64,000 nucleotides of DNA from positions 1 through 64,000 of IMG/VR virus record IMGVR_UViG_3300002052_000634; one strand, written 5' to 3'. This document shows positions 40,623 to 47,319 of the stretch, in pieces (position 1 is the first letter of the stretch; each line of letters starts with the position of its first letter). The translations under genes were made by a program, and so were the position numbers. The notes below the pieces were generated by a model. The model had not been told where the DNA came from. It did not search any database and was given only the letters and a program-made list of their open reading frames with translations. The stretch is from a virus.

Positions 40623-41565
40623 ATAAAATCCCTATTGTAAATTTTTCGATTTCTTCAGTTCTCGGTTTAGCAGGTAGCGTACTCGATATTGTCAAAGATT
40701 CCATTTCTCTTTCTAGTTGCTCAGAAAATTCCAAGACTTGTTCTACAGTCCATTTGCCTTCTCTAATATCTAGAAGTAATTGTCTTTCTTTCAAAGGGAA
40801 TTCTAATTTGCCAGTTTTCAATAATTCTATTCCTTCTAACATTAATCTTATTAAATGACTCGCAAATTTTACATCGAATCCATATCTATTTAACAACCCT
40901 CTCCTATTTCCTACTTTTGATATTCTTTCTTCTAAACTCTTTATAACTTTCTTAATTGGTAACGATGGAGAAAAATTTATATCTCCGATTGAAACAAACT
41001 TTACATTATTATATCCCGATTTTCTTAATTTAATAAAATGAGGACAAGTAGATAAAGTAATAACTTCTATTAGAAATTTATTTTTATCTATTTTCGAAAG
41101 ATAATTAACTCCATTAATCAAGTCAAAATAACAATCTTTCTTTATTATCATTTTGTGTTTTTGAGAAAAAGCATATCCTAAAAATTTTTGTTTTAATCCT
41201 TTATGTGGAAAAAGATGTTTAATATCTAATAATTTCTGTCCTAATTCATTTTTGAATACTATATTTTTTTCGTTTACAAATAATATCTCCAAAATATTAG
41301 GGTTATTTGAAAGAGCGAGTTGGATAAATTTTCTAAATTCGTAGAGTTTTCTATCTATAGCTTTATCAGTATTTTTTCCGTTTTCGTCTTTGGCTTTTAT
41401 AGAAAGATTAACTTCTTCACATTTTTTAAATCCCAATATATATTCTATAGGAGATAAGAAAATCCCTATATAATCTTTGTCAGAATTTTCAGTGTTAGTT
41501 CCATACAAATGAGACCCTGATATTATTTCTAAAATTTTATTTTTATCGGCAATTAAAGGATTCAT
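40588..41565 (-). CDS. Pol-beta superfamily nucleotidyltransferase (RlaP/YcgL-like)
   Basis: GSHLYGTNTENSDKDYIG, NPNILEILF, YGFDVKFASHLIRL. Confidence 0.85.
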   Translation of the reverse strand: MNPLIADKNKILEIISGSHLYGTNTENSDKDYIGIFLSPIEYILGFKKCEEVNLSIKAKDENGKNTDKAIDRKLYEFRKFIQLALSNNPNILEILFVNEKNIVFKNELGQKLLDIKHLFPHKGLKQKFLGYAFSQKHKMIIKKDCYFDLINGVNYLSKIDKNKFLIEVITLSTCPHFIKLRKSGYNNVKFVSIGDINFSPSLPIKKVIKSLEERISKVGNRRGLLNRYGFDVKFASHLIRLMLEGIELLKTGKLEFPLKERQLLLDIREGKWTVEQVLEFSEQLEREMESLTISSTLPAKPRTEEIEKFTIGILYDYIRRSQKNS

Positions 41566-41709
41566 TTATCCTTCCCCATCAACTCATCGAGTTCCTCATT
41601 ATTAGTACATTCTTCAAATACGTGAGGATAGCATTTTTGGATTCTTGCTAGTATAGTAAATGCAAGAACTAATTGCTTGAGAGTGTGTTCATATTTTTGT
41701 ATTATTTTT

Positions 41710-42105
41710 TCAAATGACATTTATCTTTTTAATCTTTCTCTTTAAATTTAAAAATAGATTAACCTCTTTAGAAGGTCTATCATAATAGTAATTATTAGAC
41801 GTTGCCACCCAATAAGGATTAATATAAAATATTTCTTTAATTTCTGCCCACGCAATCGCAGTTAAACACATAGGACAAGGTTCTCCAGAACAATATATTT
41901 TAGCTGTTGTTAAAAATTCGGTTTTTTCTTTTTTACATACTTTTCTAATAACTTGAATTTCTGCATGGGCAGTTGGGTCATGTTTTAAGGTCACTTCATT
42001 AACTGCAAAATACTGTTTACCTTTATATTCTATACAAGCCGAAAAAGGATAGCCTTTTCTATTTCTATTTGCTAATCTAATTAATTGTTTAGCTATTTTT
42101 TGCAT
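41710..42105 (-). CDS. Zn-dependent nucleoside/nucleobase deaminase (TadA/GuaD-like)
   Basis: PF, DPTAHAE, EPCPMC; likely start ATG 42105. Confidence 0.9.
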   Translation of the reverse strand: MQKIAKQLIRLANRNRKGYPFSACIEYKGKQYFAVNEVTLKHDPTAHAEIQVIRKVCKKEKTEFLTTAKIYCSGEPCPMCLTAIAWAEIKEIFYINPYWVATSNNYYYDRPSKEVNLFLNLKRKIKKINVI

Positions 42106-42106
42106 T

Positions 42107-42340
42107 TTAATCCCATTCATACCAATGTTTGTCACGTTTTTCTAAACAGCACCTTATCGCTAATTCTACATCCCACTTATAATATCCACATTCTCCATTA
42201 GATAAGATTGGGCAAGTGTTTATTCCGAATTTTTCGTTAAATACTTTTTCGGAGATATTATAAATTTTAATAATTTTAGAAATTTCTTCTTTAGTATATC
42301 CTAATGAGTCTTTAGGTTCTGGTAAATTAAGTTTTTTCAT
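42107..42340 (-). CDS. Hypothetical protein
   Basis: 77-aa ORF with RBS. Confidence 0.5.
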   Translation of the reverse strand: MKKLNLPEPKDSLGYTKEEISKIIKIYNISEKVFNEKFGINTCPILSNGECGYYKWDVELAIRCCLEKRDKHWYEWD

Positions 42341-42469
42341 TTTTATTCCTCTCTATATGCCAATATTTCATATTCGTCATATCGTACATACCAAACTTTA
42401 TAAATTGTATATCTTTGAGAAGAAAGAGAATTTAATTCTTTTTCTAATGTTATAGCATGTAGTTTAATT

Positions 42470-42769
42470 TTATGTATCCATTTTTTCATAATATCTCCTT
42501 TTATATTCTCTTGCTTTTGAAGGCAATAAAGAACACATCAGATTTTCTTCCAACATTCTATCTCTAACAATTTGATATTTTTCTACTATACTTATAGCAT
42601 AAAGGTCTGTATATCCAAATTGTATATTAAATTCTTTCAATAAAAAATTATAATAATCTACTAATTTATCTTTTTCACAATAATGACATTGTGCTAAAGT
42701 AGGTATATTATGCCATTTTTCAGGATTGCAATATTCTATTAATATCCTAGCCCAAGATTTTTTATACAT
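42470..42769 (-). CDS. Hypothetical protein
   Basis: 99-aa ORF. Confidence 0.5.
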   Translation of the reverse strand: MYKKSWARILIEYCNPEKWHNIPTLAQCHYCEKDKLVDYYNFLLKEFNIQFGYTDLYAISIVEKYQIVRDRMLEENLMCSLLPSKAREYKRRYYEKMDT

Positions 42770-43113
42770 TATTATAATCCTATTTTCAATCTTTGCATTG
42801 TTTCGTATATTTCTAATTTTTCTTCATAGGTATAATTACAAATTCCAGAACTATCCAAATGTCCACAGCCTTCACAAAATCTCTCGCTAATATTTTCTTT
42901 TTCCCATTCGGGGCAAAAGTTTTCTAAAATTTCAAATTTCATTTCTCTTCCTCCAATGTAAATAATCCTTGATGACCACAAGGTAAACAACTTGCTCTAA
43001 TTTTATCCTCATCTTTTTTAGTAACAACTTTCCAATAAGTTTTCTCTCCACAAATCATACATTTTTGAACTAAAATTCTAACTTTCATTATATTATGCCT
43101 TTCGTTCATTATA

Positions 43114-43308
43114 TTATTTATTGTCAGCTACTGTAATTTCTAAATGACTATGTAAAGGAACTAAATAACCATCAGAAGCCCATTTAATAATTTCACTTAC
43201 TGGAGTATCAGGGTCAAATATTTTAGTTTCTCTCCACATATCTCCTACAGTAGTGTTTCCAGCCGAGCAGTGTTTTATAGCTATGATTTTTGGAAAAGTA
43301 TTATTCAT
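43114..43308 (-). CDS. Hypothetical protein
   Basis: 64-aa ORF with AAGGAG RBS. Confidence 0.5.
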   Translation of the reverse strand: MNNTFPKIIAIKHCSAGNTTVGDMWRETKIFDPDTPVSEIIKWASDGYLVPLHSHLEITVADNK

Positions 43309-43513
43309 ATTTCTCCTTTAGTTCGATTTCATCTACTTCTTTTACTTCTCTAATTATATTGTCTTTTGTAATTGCTATTTTAGGTAAACATGAGTCACAA
43401 CATAGAAAAACCCTATCTGTAGTGTCATTCATAGAAAATAGGAAATATTTTTCTTTAATTTTAAGCCCACAAAAATAACAATACCAATTTTTTTTATTAA
43501 ATATTATTTTCAT
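43301..43513 (-). CDS. Zn-finger protein, paralog of 44650..44820
   Basis: WYCYFCG..TDRVFLCC..C. Confidence 0.65.
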   Translation of the reverse strand: MKIIFNKKNWYCYFCGLKIKEKYFLFSMNDTTDRVFLCCDSCLPKIAITKDNIIREVKEVDEIELKEKYE

Positions 43514-43526
43514 ATTATTCTTTTTA

Positions 43527-43589
43527 TGGTGAGGGACAGTCGAGCAGGAATCCCTACTCCTTGATTATTCCATTAGGAAACTGCCCCTC
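43527..43589 (-). ncRNA. 63-nt tRNA-like RNA ending in ACCA
   Basis: GAGGGGCAGT/ACTGTCCCTC 10-bp stem, two internal hairpins, 3' ACCA; exactly intergenic. Confidence 0.55.
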
Positions 43590-43748
43590 TTATTTTTCTA
43601 ATTTCGTTAATTCATCATCAGTAATGGTACAACATACAACATTCTCATCTTCATTATAATAAACAGCATAACCTTGTCTAACTAGAGCAGTTATAAGTTG
43701 GTCTGTATAATTTTTGTCTAATATTTGGATTTTAAGTTCGTATTTCAT
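43590..43748 (-). CDS. 52-aa hypothetical protein (not in ORF track)
   Basis: MKYELKIQILDKNYTDQLITALVRQGYAVYY...; overlaps the end of the Mom-like gene. Confidence 0.5.
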   Translation of the reverse strand: MKYELKIQILDKNYTDQLITALVRQGYAVYYNEDENVVCCTITDDELTKLEK

Positions 43749-44337
43749 TTAGAATTTTCTTTCTGGTTTTTTTATTCAATATTTTTATAAATCTTTTTTT
43801 TAAAGGTTTTTTCTTTAATTCTAATCTATTGCCATAAATTTCTTTCATTTTCCCAACTGCTTGTATTCCATGTTTATCATACAAGGTTCTCGGTGAAATT
43901 CTTTTACCATCAATAAAAAATAAAGGATGACCGTCCTTTCCAATAATTCCATCAAATATCCATCCACTTGCTTTATATACCATTCCATTATGACCAGCAA
44001 AAGGGTCTGAATATGTAACAATCAAATCATAATTATATGATTTTTTGATTTTTTTTATTACTTCTGCTGTTAAACTACTCATACTCCATTTGTGGTTATC
44101 TTTACCGACCATTCTTGCTAATTCAATAACTTTTATATTTTTTTGACTGTATTTTTTTTCATAAATCCTCGACCTACAATTTGTAAATACCAAACAACCT
44201 TCTTCGTGTCCATAAGCAAATAAAATCCCTTTTACTTCTCCAAGATAATGCCATTTATTTAACATAGTATTTGCTATTTTTTTATCCAATTTGATAATTG
44301 GTGGAGTTTTCTGTAATCCGCTTAATTTGTAATTCAT
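43732..44337 (-). CDS. mom: Mom-family adenine-modifying GNAT (copy 2)
   Basis: WHYL, IELARM, IVTYSDPFAGHNGMVYKASGWIFDG, KKRFIK. Confidence 0.8.
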   Translation of the reverse strand: MNYKLSGLQKTPPIIKLDKKIANTMLNKWHYLGEVKGILFAYGHEEGCLVFTNCRSRIYEKKYSQKNIKVIELARMVGKDNHKWSMSSLTAEVIKKIKKSYNYDLIVTYSDPFAGHNGMVYKASGWIFDGIIGKDGHPLFFIDGKRISPRTLYDKHGIQAVGKMKEIYGNRLELKKKPLKKRFIKILNKKTRKKILNEIRT

Positions 44338-44338
44338 C

Positions 44339-44653
44339 TTAAATTCCCATAGAATTACATAAATCTTCTAAATATTGTTGTTGTTTTTCGTTTAGATTTA
44401 ATCTTTGTTGAACTTTATATAATCTATCTTTTTGCCAACCTGACCCTGTTCTAAGATAATAATTTTCAGCATGTCTCCATAATAGTGCTAATCTATTTAA
44501 AACATTAAATCTTGAATATTTTAATTGTATATTAATAGGAATTGGGCAATTATATTTTTCAGCTAACATCGTCAAATCATGTAATGAATAAGCTACATTA
44601 TTTTTATCCCATTCCTCTTGATGTAGACAAAATCCTTTATAATCTGCTTTCAT
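44339..44653 (-). CDS. Hypothetical protein
   Basis: 104-aa ORF, AGGAGG RBS. Confidence 0.5.
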   Translation of the reverse strand: MKADYKGFCLHQEEWDKNNVAYSLHDLTMLAEKYNCPIPINIQLKYSRFNVLNRLALLWRHAENYYLRTGSGWQKDRLYKVQQRLNLNEKQQQYLEDLCNSMGI

Positions 44654-44820
44654 TTTTCCTCCTTAACCTTATTAATAACACAATCTCCTTCTATATTTAT
44701 TTGACTTATACATTTAGAACAACATAAAAAAACTCTATCGGTACTTTTTCTCATAGACCATAAATAATAATTATTCTTTAAAATTTTTCCACATAAATAA
44801 CAATACCACTCTTTTTTCAT
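44650..44820 (-). CDS. Zn-finger protein, paralog of 43301..43513
   Basis: WYCYLCG..TDRVFLCC..C; start at ATG 44820. Confidence 0.6.
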   Translation of the reverse strand: MKKEWYCYLCGKILKNNYYLWSMRKSTDRVFLCCSKCISQINIEGDCVINKVKEEK

Positions 44821-44821
44821 A

Positions 44822-45070
44822 TTAAGCCTTTTCTGTATAACCACAATTCCAACATTTCTTATCATCTCCAAGTATATAATCTATTTCTTGTTTACATTCA
44901 GGACAAACCCATATGTTCTCTTTTCTTCCCCAATCATCTTCATCAACCATTACAATTTTAGTTCCTTTACATGCAGGACAAGTTATTGTTGAAGCACTGC
45001 TAACAGGCTCAGGATTATCTATTAATCCTCTTCCTCTACAACTAGGACATACTATTGGGTATCTTCTCAT
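44822..45070 (-). CDS. DnaJ-type zinc-finger protein
   Basis: CPSCRGRG, CPACKGTK plus two more CxxC. Confidence 0.6.
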   Translation of the reverse strand: MRRYPIVCPSCRGRGLIDNPEPVSSASTITCPACKGTKIVMVDEDDWGRKENIWVCPECKQEIDYILGDDKKCWNCGYTEKA

Positions 45071-45411
45071 ATTTTTCTTGATACCTCCAGTCTATAGGAG
45101 TCAGAATCAGAGTGAGGAGTAGAAACTTCTAAAATAACAGATTTAGGAGTTAGAGAACGAAATCTATGGTAGACTCCTGGTTTAATTCTTATTTGCTTTC
45201 CTTCTCTTAATTTAATAACAAAAGTATAATCGTTTATTTTTATATCTAATTCTACAGTTCCACCTAGTATATAAAAAGTTTCGTCTTTCTTTTTGTGCAT
45301 ATGTAAACTACATTGATACCCTTGAATCAAATTGAGACGTTTTGCACAATACTTATCCGTATTGACTAACCATTCTTCACTGCCCCATAATTTAGGAACG
45401 TATTTTATCAT
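45067..45411 (-). CDS. Cupin-domain protein (sugar isomerase-like)
   Basis: PKLWGSE, SLHMHKKKDETF, IKPGVYHRF, LEVST. Confidence 0.85.
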   Translation of the reverse strand: MIKYVPKLWGSEEWLVNTDKYCAKRLNLIQGYQCSLHMHKKKDETFYILGGTVELDIKINDYTFVIKLREGKQIRIKPGVYHRFRSLTPKSVILEVSTPHSDSDSYRLEVSRKI

Positions 45412-45620
45412 ATTTGCCTTAAATTTTTCAGTTTTATTTCCATAATTTTAATTGGTTTATCACTTTCCCATCCGATAAAAACGTCAAAAATAGCTTCTTT
45501 CTTCTTTTCATTCCAAGTTCTAAAAACAACATTTTTAGCAAATACTTTAGTTTCTAAAAATCTTAAAGGAGATAAATAACTGGCTATTAAATTGTCAAAT
45601 TCTGCATTACACTTTATCAT
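45408..45620 (-). CDS. Hypothetical protein
   Basis: 70 aa, AGGAGG RBS. Confidence 0.5.
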   Translation of the reverse strand: MIKCNAEFDNLIASYLSPLRFLETKVFAKNVVFRTWNEKKKEAIFDVFIGWESDKPIKIMEIKLKNLRQI

Positions 45621-45735
45621 ATATTCCTCCTACATTATCATGCTAAAAAATCAGTTATCCAATAATTACCGAAACGCCATCGTCCTTTTTTATCAATATG
45701 CCAATAAAAAGGACTTTTCATTATTTATGCCTCCT

Positions 45736-46245
45736 TTATAATAAAGCAATTATTCCTGCTATTCCTACTCCTAATCCTGTCATAAATTCAGTCATATTAA
45801 TATAAAATCCAAAAATAAATAAAAGAGGCAAAGGCTTATAAATACAATTCCAATAAATATTATTAATAGTTGCCATAATTATTGAAATAGGAAACAGCCA
45901 CCAATGACCCATTAAAAAACAAAATAAACCTACACTACCTCCATATAATAATCCCAATGTGGCACGTGTTAAAAGATTAGCTATTTGATGTTCATAAAAT
46001 TTTGTCCAAAAAAGATAAACTGGAGCAGTTTTACCATATCCCGTTGCTATTGCTCCCCATATCAATAAAAAAATTATTGTAATATAGAAAATATTCGTTA
46101 GAGTTAATGGGATTTTAAATAAAGCAAAAATAGTTAATGGAACTGCAACACACATCCATCTCCATTGACCCCCAATATTGCCTCCGATAGCCCAACCAAA
46201 AGCACTAATTAAAATTATTATAAGAGCTATGATTAAATTTACCAT
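45736..46245 (-). CDS. Multi-pass membrane protein, paralog of 469..987
   Basis: Hydrophobic; shared GG..WR, GYG and NxxTRxTxG motifs. Confidence 0.65.
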   Translation of the reverse strand: MVNLIIALIIILISAFGWAIGGNIGGQWRWMCVAVPLTIFALFKIPLTLTNIFYITIIFLLIWGAIATGYGKTAPVYLFWTKFYEHQIANLLTRATLGLLYGGSVGLFCFLMGHWWLFPISIIMATINNIYWNCIYKPLPLLFIFGFYINMTEFMTGLGVGIAGIIALL

Positions 46246-46272
46246 TTTTCTATTTCTCCAGATATTAGGATA

Positions 46273-46296
46273 GAGGGAGAATATATATTCTCCCTC
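46273..46296. terminator. Perfect 24-bp palindrome/hairpin
   Basis: GAGGGAGAATATATATTCTCCCTC, about 30 nt after the small membrane ORF. Confidence 0.5.
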
Positions 46297-46325
46297 GTAT
46301 TCTATACTTTCCTTATAAATCTAAA

Positions 46326-46481
46326 TTACCCTTTAATAAAATGACCAACTACAACAGCACCTATTCCTACTAATGCCAATATAGCTACTATAGGATTAAT
46401 TTTAGCTACCATAATCCCTGCTACTGCTACCGCAGTAACTCCACTACCCTGAACTATAAGACCTATTTCTTTTCGGTTCAT
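46326..46481 (-). CDS. 51-aa two-TM membrane protein (not in ORF track)
   Basis: MNRKEIGLIVQGSGVTAVAVAGIMVAKINPIVAILALVGIGAVVVGHFIKG; GGAGG RBS; own promoter. Confidence 0.7.
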   Translation of the reverse strand: MNRKEIGLIVQGSGVTAVAVAGIMVAKINPIVAILALVGIGAVVVGHFIKG

Positions 46482-46534
46482 AATTTCCTCCATGTAAACA
46501 TTACTGTATATAATAATTTGTTTCTAGTACCTAT

Positions 46535-46563
46535 ATTATATCATATAATATGTTTGGTGTCAA
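46535..46563 (-). promoter_or_regulatory. sigma70-type promoter
   Basis: TTGACA-17-TATAAT with extended TG; close match to the 38850 promoter. Confidence 0.85.
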
Positions 46564-46573
46564 GGTTTTAAAT

Positions 46574-47193
46574 CTATTTATTTTTGTTTAGTAAATCAAA
46601 ATTTATCTTATATCTTTGATTTTTTCCTTTTGGGTAAGGTAATACTTTATATCTTAAATTATGTCTAAATACTGTTTTGTCTGCCTTATTGCCAAGAAAT
46701 AAGATATACCTGTGTTTTGGAAACCAGGCTACTCTTTCTGTAAAATCTCCTACATAATGTCTAGGATGTTTTCCTCCTTTTCCTTTTATATGAGTTCTTT
46801 TTTTTTCCCACATCCAGTATATATAAAATTTAATGCTTGATATATATATCCAAAATGATTCATTTTTGTGTCACTATAACTAACAATTATTTTCGTTTTT
46901 TCAATTTGTTTTAAACATCTAGAAACAAAAAAAGAAAAGCTATTTTTAGGTAAGTTTTCTTTTATAACTAATCTATTAAGTTCTAATACGAATTTTTTAA
47001 AAGGTTCTCCGCAAATGCCTTTGCATACATTAGGACTTGCAAGTTGTCCAAAGGTACATACTCCTATCATTTCTTCTTTATCAAATAACCCAAAAGCTAC
47101 TGATATAGAAGGTATCCTTTTAGCGTAATGAATATTTAATAACCATTTTTTAGTATCTTTATATTCTATTCTTCTAACTTCATATTGTATCAT
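46574..47193 (-). CDS. mom: Mom-family adenine-modifying GNAT (copy 1), split by a -1 frameshift at GGG-A9 (ORFs 46786..47193 and 46574..46813)
   Basis: IHYAKR, FGLF..IGVCTFG, LELNRL, IVSYSD..HFGYIYQALNFIYTG; second frame has KHRYILFL..LPYPK. Confidence 0.8.
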
Positions 47194-47207
47194 ATTTTGC
47201 CTTATTT

Positions 47208-47277
47208 TGGAGCGAAGAGGTCGATTTTACGCCATCTTAACTCTGGAAGAGTTATGTTTTAATTAAACTATCTTCGC
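47208..47277 (-). tRNA. Non-canonical tRNA-Gly(UCC), 70 nt, CCA encoded
   Basis: GCGAAGA/TCTTCGC acceptor, U73, CCA; D stem GTTT/AAAC; anticodon arm TAACT-CTTCCAG-AGTTA; degenerate T arm. Confidence 0.85.
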
Positions 47278-47283
47278 AATTCT

Positions 47284-47312
47284 ATTATATCATATATTAC
47301 TGTTCGTGTCAA
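47284..47312 (-). promoter_or_regulatory. sigma70-type promoter with predicted +1 at tRNA G1
   Basis: TTGACA-17-TATAAT with extended TG; G1 is 7 nt after the -10 box. Confidence 0.85.
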
Positions 47313-47319
47313 GGGTACG

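Noticed and set aside
47208-47277. tRNA-Gly as a decayed pseudogene or attP remnant
   Set aside because: Not excluded but disfavoured: stems, identity elements, CCA and a precisely placed promoter are intact while changes concentrate in the D and T loops; no integrase in the window
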